DNA of 64,000 bases from Dudresnaya verticillata (GCA_977862235.1 OZ374561.1:620001-684000); one strand, 5' to 3'; positions 34,779 through 47,494 are shown, numbered from the stretch's first letter. Numbers and translations are program-made. Notes: generated by a model not told the origin, from the letters alone.

Positions 34779-37700
34779 CTAGCATATGCACAGCAGAACC
34801 TGTAACCTAACCTTGTATAGTAAACCTCCGCGGTGTCCAGCAGTCGGGTCAACCTCAACTACGGTGGAGCACCATGCATGGATTTTGCCCCACGGCGAAA
34901 TTTCGTTTGTAGCAGATAGAGGTAGTGCAGAGCTATGCCGCACACTCGGCCAAAAAGCTGTATTCCTCGATATGTAGTCGCTGTTTGTTCCAGGCCTCTC
35001 CTTCCCATTCAACTTGTCGAACCGTTTAGAGTCTTCTCTCTCACACACACTACAGGCACGCATCACAGGTTTGAAGGCTGCCTCGCTGTTTGCATGCACG
35101 ACATGGAGACATCACCTCCGTGGAGGGACCCGATAATTTGGCCCATCGGTCCAGGTCGAAAAACAGAATCTTGAAGGTCAACTACACTTTGCTGCAACAG
35201 CATCATCAGCTTGGGAAACGGTGGCTCGTCCGGTCGTACACGTAGAGGTCATCGTCGTTGCAATCCGAGGGGCGGCTGGGATGTCAACATGAGATGTGTA
35301 GCCTTCGATGCCACATGATAGAACAGTACGTACAGTGGATGGAAGGAGCGTAGTCACATGAACAATGATCAAGAAGTTTTCGGGCTGCGTGGATAGGCTT
35401 GAATGGTGGGGTTGTCGGGTATTCCCAACGAGTCCGTTCAAAGCGTTGTGCTATACCAAGTAGGGGAGACCTCTTTTCTTGGATAGGAACATGTTTCTGG
35501 TTTGCAGTAGTGGCAGACTGCAGCCATCTCTGAGTCTGGTCAACGACATGGCGTCGGAGTTTTCTTCGGCAAAGAAAGTGGGCCTTCAGTTAGCGTTTTC
35601 AAGTCGAATTGTCGATAGCTCGGAAACAATGCTACAAGTAATCGGGCTTGACCAAGGCGAGCAACACATCAATTGACAGGGTAATCGTGTTTGCTGTGTT
35701 AATGCTATAACCGATATCAACAGGATGCATTGCTATTGCAAAGCGGTTGAAGTGAAACAAACAGGCAGCAAGATGACGTGTGTGTGTGGCACACAAATTT
35801 GAGGTAGCGTTGGTTTGATTCAGTTACTGCTCTGCGTGACGGGCTGCTGCGATCCCTGCATTGTGCAGTGTGAGAAATGTATGATGGTGGTAAAAAAAAG
35901 TGGTTCTGCTTAGAATGGTAGCGTTGCGGTGCAACTGTATTGGAGTGATCGGATGTTTTTACAAGGGTGCTTGGCGGTGGTGCTGTTCTACAACAAGTGG
36001 GTTTGATGCAAGAGAAAAAAAAGTTTGTAACACATGTATGACATACACCTCAAGTTGGACTCAGCTACATGAGGGTCGGCGTTTGTTATTGTATGGCATG
36101 TTACAAGTTTGACAAGGTGTGGTGAGGTTTACCGATTAAAAAGTGATATGTGTTCGGTAACGCAAGTGAGCAGGACATTTTTTCACTAGACTCGGGGCTT
36201 GGTATGGGACTAATAGGGGCAAAAGAGGTGCGAGTGCTGCAATGGGTGCAAAAGGGTTTACCTCAAAGAGGAGGCTGTTGTACAATAAACGGCTGAGAAT
36301 GTGTGGTTGAGCGCATGGATTCCGTGTGTGCGTGGTTGAGATGAGGTGTAGTCGAGCAAGTTAGCTGATACTGGCACAGTAGAGAGCGCGCAAGGTGCGG
36401 GCAGACTGGTGCACACCACTCGATGCGGGGGCGGGCGCAGCGTTGGCCAAAACGGGAGGCGAATTGGCTTAGGACGGAATATGCGGCGGCGCCGAGGTCG
36501 GCGTAAGGACACGCGCGGCGACGAACCGCGGGACTTACATCGAGCACAAGGCGGGGCCCGGCGCAGGGGCGGAGACGCGCGGGTGCGCACTGGTCGCGCG
36601 GTTGTCAGCGTGCGCGCGCGAGGTTTATTGGATGCGCGCACCTGAGATGCGGGTGAGGGCGGCGCGCGCGTTGAGGTGACCAACGAACGAGCGAAGGGGG
36701 CATGGCGCGAGGGCCGGCGCTGCATGGCGGCAATGTGAGGCGATCACGTACACAGGTGCGTGCTGCGGCTGCGGCTGCGGCTGCGGCGTCAGTGGCAAGG
36801 CAGATTTTGCTTGTTTTGCAGAGCGAGGCTCTGTTCGCTTGCCGGCGCGTCGTGTGCGGCAGTCCGAGCGGGGCGACAGCCCGACCCGTCGAGTCGGCGG
36901 CACGTAAGGCCGCGCGCGGTGGTGCGCGTGGCGGTGGAAAGGCACGTCTGTGGAGCGATGTGGCTGCGGAAGCGGACGCGAGGCGAGGCGCGGCGAGGCG
37001 CGGCGCGGCGATGCGATGCGGTCGCGCACGCAGCGCCAAGCTTGCTTGGCTCGGTGCGCGCGCGCGCTGGCGCGCGGCGCGGCGACTGTTGCAACAGCGA
37101 CAGCGGGCGCGCGCGCGGCTGACACGCCCTGCGCGGCTGTGAGCGGCAGACAGGACGGCGGTGCACCTCGCGGGGAGGGGAAGGCCTGCTTGCAGGCAGA
37201 GGTGAGCGTGTGTGCGATGCGCGCGTGTCAGCCGCGTTGTTTTGACAGGTTTGGTGTCGCGCGTGTCTGCGTTTGGGGCCGTGCGTGCGTGTGTGCGGTC
37301 GCGGCGGATTTCAAAGTGCAATCGGCGCGCGGCGGTGACGCGCGACCGCGGCGGCGCGAGGGCGGATGCGTGCGCTGCGGTGGAGGTTTCGCTTCGAGCG
37401 TGACGGAGCGCGGGATTTGCGCGGTGTCGTCCCGGCGCAGGCGCGCGCGGCGACACTTCCGCGGAGCCGCACTCGAGAGCGCCGCGCGAAGCGCAAGGCA
37501 CTGCGCGGCACGGACGAGACAAACAAGCGAAGCGAAGAGAAGCGAACGGGATGACGTAAATTATAGCGCCCGCAGTCTCTCGCGCGCCGCGACACTCAAC
37601 CCTCTTGTCAACTGTACAGTCGTCCCCGCTGTTTCCGTCTCGGTGGAGCAGTTGGCGCAGACACCAACCGATACCGCGCCACACTTGCCTCCGATTTCGT

Positions 37701-38253
37701 CCCGTCACAAAGCAGCGCACCAAAAAACCAAAGATCACCGCCCGCCGCGCACACCTCGCACACCGATGCGCGACCTGAGCGGAGGCGCGCGCGGCGCGCT
37801 GCGTTCGGGAGCAATGGCCGCGCCCCATCCCGCGCCCGAATGTAAGCGCGCGCGGCGCCCGTGCGCGGCGGCGGGGTGCGCGCGCGCGCGCGCGCGTGCG
37901 CGCGTGTGCGTGCGTGCCGTGTCAGTTGGGCGCGGCGCGCTGTGCGGCGACACCGGTGCGTGTACGTGCTGTGCGCGCGTGACCGCCGGGTGCGAACGGG
38001 CACGAGCGGCGGCGCGCCGGTCGAAAGCCACCCCCGGCGCCGCCGCCGCCCCCGCCGCAGCGATCCGCGCGCGCGCCGGCATCTCCCGCGAAAGGGTCGA
38101 CGCGTTGCGCTTCGCGTCGCCTGTCCCCGCCGCAACCGCCACTGTCACCGCCGCGCCGAGCACCTGCCGCGCGTCACGCGGCCGCGCGCGGAGCACTCAC
38201 GCACCTCACGCGCGTGTCCGCTCGCCCCACTGTGTGTACCTTCTGTACTGCGC

Positions 38254-38255
<2 letters not shown>

Positions 38256-38285
<30 letters not shown>
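38256..38285 (+). repeat. Poly(C) tract (30 nt) upstream of the first MYB gene
   Basis: Direct read. Confidence 0.85.
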
Positions 38286-38466
38286 TGCCACCGGAAAGCC
38301 CCCGCCACCCCCGCTCCGCCCGCCGCCCGCCGCCGCGTCTACATAACCGCGCCCACTCCGCCCACACACCTTCCCTTGCTCCCCTCCCCCTCCCCCTCCC
38401 CTCCCACAATCGCCCTACCCTACCTCCGCCATCTCCCTCCCTCCCTCCCTCCCCCGCCCTCCCGTC

Positions 38467-39462
38467 ATGTCTTTCCCGCTCCACCACCACAACGGCCCCT
38501 TCCACCACCGCGACCTGCCGCGCTCGGCCGCCCCGATGCTAGTCCTGGCCCCGTTGCGCCCGCCGTCCATGTCCCCACCGGACCCGCAACATCCGCCGTC
38601 TCCGTCTCCATCCCCGCCGCCGCCGCCGCCCGTCCCCGCCGAGCGCGCCCTCACCCTCTCCGACTGCAGCGACCTCTCGGTCAGCAACCACGACGACCGC
38701 CACCGCATTCCACATGTCTACCCGCCCTTCCCGCACCGTTACCACGTTACCCACCAACATATGCAACACCGCTACCGCCGTCAAAACCATCACCAACCTC
38801 ACTCCCCGCCCACCTCGCCCGCGCTCCAGCACTTTCCGCTCGCTGTGTCGCACTCCGCTCCGGTCTCGATCCCCGCCCCTGTTCCAATCTCGGTCCCCGC
38901 CCCCACTCCTGCTCCGACGCCGACCGCCACCCTCGCCACAACGCCTCACAACTCGCAGCAGCGTGGCGCCCCTGGTACCGCGGTCTCTACTCGCTCCAAG
39001 ACGCCGCGGGCCCCTAGAAAGGTGGCCCGCGCCAGGACCAAGATGTCGGCCAAGATGTCGGTGACGGTGCGGTCCAATGATGCGGGGCCGTTCAAGCCGA
39101 TGACGCCCAAGAAGGTGCGTAGCAGCAAGAGCAACATCCCTGGCGAGTCGCGGTATTGGACGCCGTCCGAGCACAAGCTGTTTGTTGAGGCGCTGTTGAA
39201 GTATGGACCCAAAGATCTCAAGGCTATCTCTGCGTACGTTGGGACGCGTAACATGATCCAATGCAGGACGCATGAGCAAAAGTGCTTTATGAGGCTGATG
39301 AGGGAGGCACAGAGGGAGACGCTGCAGCGCAATGGACGGTATGCATCGGACTTTGACGAGCGACGGAAGCTGCAGAAGGACGTCTACTCTGTTCCGGCGT
39401 CGTGCGGGATTAGCCTGCTTTGCGTGGTGAGTGAGGAGATGGCTAGATCGCTGCAATCGTGA
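38467..39462 (+). CDS. Single-repeat MYB-related (SHAQKYF-class) transcription factor, variant THEQKCF, 331 aa
   Basis: SRYWTPSEHKLFVEALLKYGPKDLKAISAYVGTRNMIQCRTHEQKCF; His/Pro-rich N-terminus. Confidence 0.88.
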   Translation: MSFPLHHHNGPFHHRDLPRSAAPMLVLAPLRPPSMSPPDPQHPPSPSPSPPPPPPVPAERALTLSDCSDLSVSNHDDRHRIPHVYPPFPHRYHVTHQHMQHRYRRQNHHQPHSPPTSPALQHFPLAVSHSAPVSIPAPVPISVPAPTPAPTPTATLATTPHNSQQRGAPGTAVSTRSKTPRAPRKVARARTKMSAKMSVTVRSNDAGPFKPMTPKKVRSSKSNIPGESRYWTPSEHKLFVEALLKYGPKDLKAISAYVGTRNMIQCRTHEQKCFMRLMREAQRETLQRNGRYASDFDERRKLQKDVYSVPASCGISLLCVVSEEMARSLQS

Positions 39463-41351
39463 GGGGTAGAGTTGAAATTTTGGAGGGATGTATTTATGTA
39501 ATTGAGCTATCAAGTTGTTGTTGCTGTTGTTGTTGATGAGCTTGTTTGTTGTACTTCTTTGTTTGTGTGTTGTAACTGTACACTAAAGAAAAAGACCAAC
39601 TTGGCGAGTTTGGACGGTATGTCATCTGTTGCAGTATCAGCTTGTGCGTGGTAATTGTGGGTGCAGTTGGCTTAGACCAGGAGATCACATTGGAGGTGTG
39701 GCATGAGGCAAGTTTGAGGTGCGTGGCAGTTTGTGTGTGGCCCGAACAATGTGTTGAAAAACGGGGGCATTGGTGGTCGAGGATTGTCGGCCGCGCAACA
39801 AGGCATCACGCCGGGCATACAGTCCACGTAAGCCACGGGATGCAAACCGCCATGGAGTGAGTGCATTTTTTATCGATTTCTGATCTCTGCTGCCCCTTCC
39901 GCCTAATCCGCGTGATGAGCCCACTCACACACCACGTCACACTCCCTCCGTCCCCCCGCCCTCGCCCCGCCACCCCCTTCCTCCTTCTCCTTCCCCGCCG
40001 GATTCGTATCCTCTTCGAACCCCAACAGCCCCCGATATCCCACTTCCGCGTTACATCCTGCACCTACAGTACTGGAACATCATAGGAAGGAGCGCCCCCG
40101 CTAACCGATCTTGTTAAAAACAAACAGAAAAAAAAACCTATCGACTTGCACACACTTGCCCGGAAACCCCGCCAAGCTCCAGCACTCGCTCTTTCCCCCG
40201 CCTCCGTTTTCACCATCGTCGCGCAGACGCCCAACTCATAATCTTTAACGGCGGACTGCAGACGCGCAAAGCGCTCTCGCAACCTCATCACTCGATCATG
40301 CGCGCTGCCACCACTGTAACAACCACCACCCGCTTCTGCTGCTTTTGGTCGCCCAATCACCATGGCCAATCCGATGAGAGCAACGACTTTCCGCTTGTTG
40401 CAGAGTGCGCCAACATATCGTAACGTAGTACCGTGCCCTGCCACACGTTCTTTTCGTTCTTTTTCTATAATAGTAGTGAGTCAACTTGCTCTTGCCCGCC
40501 CAGTTTGAAAACTGTCCGACACCACCGCTATGAACGGCATATTGCCTCCCCCGCCTTTTTTTTTTCCTTCTAGACGAATGCGTCAACTGCTGCAGTTGCA
40601 CTGTAGCTCGCCGCGAGGTGTATAAACATCATCATCATCATCATCGTCATGGCCAAGTTAAGTGCATGATGCAGTCTCGTTCAGCAATCACGAAAAGGCA
40701 TCCACTCGGAGCTGTGACAGGACCGCAGCTCTTTCTTCAGCGCTTGTGCATTATAAAATCACGCCGCTGTCTCATGTGACATGTTATATGTTATCGCATC
40801 GCCCCCGCCGCTCCCAAACCCTTCAAACCACACTCAAACGCCGCCAACAGAAACCAATCCGCCCAGCAACGCCGGTAATCCACTTACGCAGCAGCGCCGC
40901 ACTGCAACAAGTGTACCCGAAGAAGGGAGCAGAAGCCGCAACCTGTGATCTTGCGCGCATCACGCGCCCTTCGCGCAGCCGAATCGATCCACGCTACCGA
41001 TACACCCCCCGCCACCGCCCGGCATCGGGAAGCTCGCGTCGTCGCACCACGCCCAAGTCCCCCGCCGCCGGGAATGGAGCAACAGCTGCTGCGCGCCCCG
41101 CGCATATGCTCTGTGAACTCGGAGCGCGTGCACCATCCGTGCGTCGAGGCGCTCGCTCGCTGTCCCCGCGGCAGCTGGTGCGACCGAGCGAGCGGAGCGC
41201 TGTCGTTACATAGGTGTATTTTGTATATTCTTTTTTCTTGTACAACTGTTGTGATATATCTTTTACCCGCGTCCGCAGCAAGCCTAGCGCCCCCGCGCGA
41301 ATGCAAGCTTGCCCCCCAGATGTCTATTATCCCGATGCTCTAGAGGGCGTT

Positions 41352-41382
<31 letters not shown>

Positions 41383-43528
41383 CTCGGAATATCTCGCGCG
41401 CTGTCGGATCAGGGCAGTACTACTACCGCACTCGGCTCACTCGAGATATTTGATATCGCTCGTTTTTCTTTCTTTTGGGACGCTGGTTGGGAGCCACTGC
41501 ATGGCTAGCTCTAGAGGTACGACTGGAAGGCAAACTATATTGTGTCCAGGCGCCAAATATACAAACGTAAAGCGCGCAACCTCTCAAACTTGTGTGTGTG
41601 TGTGTGACAAAGTTGTTGGCACAGCACAGTGTGTGTGCGCGTGAGAGTATTTCAAGGACACAAGTTGCATTATAAATCGCGGTTGAATATACTGTAAATC
41701 TTTATGTTTGTTGCACGCTCCGAGCTCGATACACGGTGCCGCAAACCTTCTTTGCTGTCCTCCTAATGCAAAAGCCGGAAGGGTCGGTTGCGAGACCTCC
41801 CGCGTGTCGCCATATAGTGCAGCGCGGCCTCCTTACTGATCTAGAAAAGCTCACCTTCGACAAGGGACAGGGAGATAGTTTCTAGCTAAACAATAATGTT
41901 AGTCTCTCGATAATACAGTACGTGTTGTATAAACGCTCTCAACCAGTCGGAGTCTCTGGATTGCTGGGCGCGCGCGATTCTTCTACGATGCAAATGCACG
42001 TCGTCGTCTACTCGCCACAGGAGTTGTCTGGATGTGCCTGTCCTCTGCACTTCCATCGCGGCCCCCGCGCTTGCATCAGTGCACAATTCGCGGATTGATA
42101 TTCTACTTGCGATAGCCCCCGCCAGCCTAGCATATAACTCGCCAAGAGTAGATGTTAGCGACGAAGAGCACATACAAGTCGATACACAGCTTTTGCCCCT
42201 TGTACAGTACACTCAAAACGAAATGATATTATACAACTGTGTCAGCGGCATTGATACAGCAATCGTTTTTACGATACATGGAGGTCAAGTGTGTTGTTAA
42301 TCAACATGCTGATCTTCAGGCGATCTGTACTGTAGCAGACCGCAAAAGCAAGCTGAAGCTGTTGCAAACATGCCCGTGTGTATTGCGACACGCCGCACAG
42401 GAGCAGCTGTCCTCCTCTTCAGTGTCGCTTGTGCGTCTCTGCGCTTGGGCGTTGTACGATACACGTTGAAAAGTTTTAGCACCAACAAAAGCGGGAACGG
42501 TTTAGATCTGCACACTGCATATGCTTGGAGCTTTCGGGCCTGCGTGCGAATCGGAAAGGACTGCGTACTGCTCGTGACAGACGAGGTTTGCTTTTTTCCT
42601 TTTGGAATATTATAATGCTGGTGTGGAGATGAAACTGTTGAGGATACATATACAACACTTGGCTATATTGATAGCCGTGACTCTGACAATGTCTGCAATT
42701 ACGAGTTTTGACCAGGGCAAGTTGTATACTTACATAGCTTGCAAGATGAAACAATGTATGCTGACGGCGGGCGATGTTTGTCTAAAACAGTATGTCCACT
42801 GAAGGCTGGACTCCACAGCTGTGGAGCCAGAGAATGGCGCATCAAGGTTTCCTGAAGAGGAAAGAGGAAGCAAACAGCTTTTTGCAACGGCGTCCATCGG
42901 TCTTTCCTTTGGGAGATCTTCGGAGGAATGGTGACGTTTACTCGGTTTGTAGGATATGTTGCAACGGCTCGGTGATGGCAGAAATCGGTGACCTGATGAA
43001 CAAGCTTAAAAGCTTGATAACAGTATAGCGCCTAGTAGGGTAATGTAGCCGGACGGTTTGGAGTTTTGAGTGAGTCTGTCTTCCAAGAGGAGGTACAGGT
43101 GCGCTGCAGCAGGGCGTGCATAGGATGCATGGGAGGCAAAGCGGGAGTCGCGATGGACAGTTGCTCGGTGAGGGATGTTTCCGTACAGTGCCTCTCGGGG
43201 AGTTTTGCAGGCTGTGGTTGAGGCGTCTGGAACACAGCGGATCGGACAAAGAGGAACTGAAAGGCGATTGTGGTACAGTAGAACAGCAGTTGCATCAACT
43301 GCTGCTCTCTACCTGCTCCCCAGTCAGTCGGTGTATCGGCATCGGCAATGGCGTACAGAGACCCGCTGCTCGCGCCTCTGATGATCTGCTGCCACAAGAC
43401 ACAGACAGGCGCGGCCTTCAAGCTGAGAAGGAAACAAACGCGCCAAGCCCCGACGTGGTGGCGTGAAAGGGCGGCGCCGCGGCGCAGAGTAGAAAGCGCG
43501 AGCAAGGGCGGGTGACGTCATGGGCCAG

Positions 43529-43561
<33 letters not shown>

Positions 43562-44316
43562 AGTGCCCGCAGCTGTGCTAGTCGCGCCCCGCCAATGCCA
43601 TCCCCCAAGCGCGCGTGATGGACGCGGCGGCTGGCGCGGACGCGACGGGGTGTGCGTGCGCGAGCGCGCTTGCAGCGGGCACGCGCTGGCGGCGGCAGCA
43701 TTGCTGTGCGCGGCGCCCGGCAAAAATAGACGCGCCACTGGCGACGGGCGCAACTTTTCTGAACGGCTGCGCTGCGGAGAGACTGGCTGCACATATGTAG
43801 CGCATACCTTCGTATGCGCCACCGCGCGTTCGCCCGCAACGTGGTGGCGCAGCCCGCCGACAGGTCACGGCGCGAGATCACATGCCGCCTGCTGCCGGCG
43901 CAGCAGCCGGTGCGCGGCGAGCCGGCGCACTCCGCCGACGTCATCACAGGCGGACACCGCGGACGTTTGTTGTTGTCACTTGGCGCTGCGTGAGCGTGCG
44001 CGTGCGTGTGTCAGTGTGTGCGTGCGCTATGCATGCGCGCTGGACACTCGGAGCGAGTCTAGCTGCGAGCGTGTTGCGAGAGCGGACAGGCGCTGGTGCG
44101 CGGAACACCGGCACACGCAGGCTGGTAAGGCGTGCGCGCGCGCGCGCGATCTGCGGCGGGGGTGGGTTGCGCGCGGCGCGAGCACGCCGGCGGCGGACGA
44201 GAGATTGATGTCGCTCGCGGGAGGAGAAACACAGGCAGACACGCAGGCACGCTAAAACTGAGACTGCGATGGTTGGCAATTGTGCTCGCTCCGCGTGGTT
44301 CACGTCGGCGGCGGCG

Positions 44317-44351
<35 letters not shown>

Positions 44352-45009
44352 GGTGTCGCGCGGCTTACCAGCCCGACGCGGGTGCTGACATGTGTGTGTG
44401 CGTGCGGGCGCGGGGTGTTGACACGGGCAGCACAGAGACGAGCGGCGGCGCGCGAGGGCGTACGGTATGTTATCTGTGTACAAGCGTAGGATACTGCACG
44501 GCTGCGTGTATGTGTAAGTGGCGCGCGGCGATGGTTACGGCGGCGGCGGCGGCGGCGGCGGAGCGCGAGACCGAGACCGAGACCAGCGCGGGCGGGCGCC
44601 TCTGAACACCAAAGTGTCGACGCGCGCGAGGTGAAGGTATGGCGAAGTGGCGATGTCGGTCGCACAGGCGGCGGCTTTATTTTTAGGCGGCGGCGCGCGG
44701 TTATCAGTTATCGCAGTACTGTACTGTTGTAAGAAGTGAACGAATGAACATGTGCTGTTGTCGCACAGTACAGTACTGTACAGTATGTCGGCGGCGAGTC
44801 GAACGGAGCTGCGCTTGTTTGTTATCGGGTAGCCGCAGCCACGCGGGAGGATATCGACGGGCGGCAGAGTCATGCATCGTGCAGCCGACTGGCGCGCCGC
44901 GCTACATGCGCATGCACAGTAAGCAAGCGCGCGCCGACCGCGACACGCTCGTCAGCGCCGGAGCTCCGTCGACGCGCGATGCGCGCTCGTCCTCGCTGCG
45001 CCGCGCGTA

Positions 45010-45042
45010 GTGTGCAGTGTGCAGTGTGCAGTGTGCAGTGTG
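45010..45042 (+). repeat. (GTGTGCA)4 heptamer tandem repeat
   Basis: Direct read. Confidence 0.85.
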
Positions 45043-46184
45043 TGTGCGTGCCACGCCTCGCGAGTGTCGGGCGTGGGAAGGCAGGCGCAGGCGCACGCGC
45101 GTACAGTGCTGCGTCTGCGGCCGCGGCGGCGGTTGGCGGCGGTGCAGAGCGGTAGGGTATTCGGCGCGCGCGCGAGGAAGCGCGAGCTCGCGCGCGGCGG
45201 CGAGCTGCAAGCTGGGCTGGGCGCGGCCGCGGCCGCGCGGCGTGCGGCGTTGGAGAAGGGTTGCAGTGGGCGTGCGGCGGCAAGGCATGCAGCGGCGGGC
45301 GGTGGCGTTTGCGACGGCGTGCGCGCGTCTAGGGCGCAACGCGTGACCTGCGAGCTGTGCTGGTGAGCCGAATGAAACGTATCACGGTGGCAGAGGGGGG
45401 GCGAGCGAGCGAGCGAGCGCTGCGCGCGCTTTCCCGTCGCCACGGCTGCCTGGCTCTATCGCGGCGCCGCGCGGGCTCGAGACGGACGCGGTCGGCGGTC
45501 GGTCGGTCGGCGGTCGGTGGTCGGTCGGTCGGCGGTCGGCGGTCGGTCGGGTAGATGTCGGGGTAAGTAAGTGGGGGCACTCTGTGATACACACACACAC
45601 GCGCATCGCATGGCTGTGAGAGGTGAAAGGTGGCAAGCGCGTGCAACAGGGGCGGATGCGAGCTCGCGCGCGCGTCGGCGCGGAGATGGGCGTGTGTGCG
45701 CGGGCGAGCAAGTCTAGCAATAGCAGAGCAGCGTGGCGGGGTGATGAAGCGCGCATGTCGGAAACGAAAAAAAAACAGACGCGCGAATCTTCCGCGAAAA
45801 GATGCACGGCTGCGGCAGAGCTGGCGATGCGCATCGATGTACATACGACAGGGCGCTCAGCGGGGACGCACGCACGCACGCACGCACGGACGCACGCACA
45901 CGCGGCGGCCATGTAACGGGCGCCGCTATGCGGTGTTTTTGTCGCTAAATCAACGATCTCGCATCTTGCAAGGAGAAGGCGCGCCGCAGGCGGAAAGCCG
46001 CGCGCGCCATGACGCAATCGCACGCCACCTCCGAATTGTCGCACCTGCTCGGCCACACATAGATTCCTCGCGCTTGAATCCCCGCGCTGACACCGTAGAC
46101 TATGTTCCAGCTGGCTGGCGCTACTAGAGCCCTGCGCGCCACGACATCCTCATCCTCATCCTCAGCCAGCGCCTCGAGCGCGAG

Positions 46185-46226
46185 GCAGGTGCAGGTGCAG
46201 GTGCAGGTGCAGGTGCAGGTGCAGGT
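46185..46226 (+). repeat. (GCAGGT)7 hexanucleotide tandem repeat
   Basis: Direct read. Confidence 0.9.
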
Positions 46227-46546
46227 GCGCACGCCCGCCGCTCTCTCTCTCTCTCTCTCTGGCAATGGCCATGTCGCCGAACACACGTCTACAGTATCTA
46301 CAGTCGACAAGCACAGCTACAACCACGCCGCCCGTCGCGGCGCTCGCGCTCGACCATAGCTGTTGTCGTCGTCATTATCATTGCTACAGCATTGTCAGCT
46401 CGCCCGAGCCGACGCGTCAACCGCGCTAAAAACGTCCACGTCGACGCAACACGCGATGCCTGCCTGCCTCTGCCTGCCGCGCACTGCGTGTGAGCACGCT
46501 GCAAACCCGCACCAGATCGACAAGGCACAGCGAGATCCGCCATGCC

Positions 46547-46583
<37 letters not shown>

Positions 46584-47494
46584 CGGCGTCGGCGACGACG
46601 GCGGCCTCGAGATGACCCACCGCCGACTGCGCACCTCCCCGGTCCCGCGCGGCCGTGCCATGCATGCGGCGCATGTGTACGGCGGGCGCGGCCGGGCGCG
46701 TTGCAGACCTGGGCGCCGCGCGCCGAAGTACAGCTGCACGGCCGCGCGCGCGTGCCATATCGGCCCGCGCAGCAATGCACGCCAGCGCGCGGAATTGTTG
46801 TGTCGGCGGGCGCATCTCCGCGGCGGCGGCGGCGCGCGGCGGGGGCGGTGGAAGGCGCGCGCGGCCGCGGCGCTGACGTGTTCGATTGGGCGCGCGGGAA
46901 GGTGCGGCGCGCGCCGCAGCCGCGCCGGCGTTATGTCGCGCGCGCGGAGAACCGGCGCTGTTGCAGCGGCGCGCCGCGGTGTAAGGCGCGGGGCGGACCG
47001 TCCCCGCGGGGAGCGGTTCTGCGCGCGCGCGCTGACGCCGTCGGCGCTGACGCTGACGCTGACGCGGCCGTCAGCGCGCGCTTAGGGTAAATTCGACGGC
47101 GCCGCGACAGATATTTGGCAAACGCCGCGCTGTCAGCGTCAGGCCTGCAAAAATTGCATCTGCGCGCCCGTTCTGTTCCACGCCATCAGCCCATCGCGCG
47201 CCCTGCGCCAATGGAAACCGCCCGCCGCCGCCCAATTCCGCCCGATCACATCTCATCACACACACACACACACACACACACTGCCCACACCCCCCGCCTT
47301 TTGTCCCTCCCTCCACCCCACGCCCCCCTCCACCCCCCCTCCCCACTGTACAAATATCCAGCCCGTCGCTTGCGCACGTCCCGCTCCGCCCCTCTCTCCC
47401 TCCCTCTCCTCGCGCGCCCTCCCAAATCTCCCCGCCTCCCTCTCCCTCTCCCTCCCTCCCCTCCCCCTCCTCCCCCTCCTCCCCCCCCTACAAC

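Noticed and set aside
36605..38542. 407-aa and 530-aa overlapping ORFs upstream of MYB1
   Set aside because: Arg/Ala/Gly low-complexity products expected from stop-poor CG-rich DNA; open on several frames at once.
42792..43466. Two adjacent short plus-strand ORFs between the MYBs
   Set aside because: No recognisable domain or splice signals linking them; composition matches decayed intergenic DNA.
45010..46226. Short tandem arrays as CRISPR-like or telomeric repeats
   Set aside because: Head-to-tail microsatellites without unique spacers; eukaryotic context and no cas genes.
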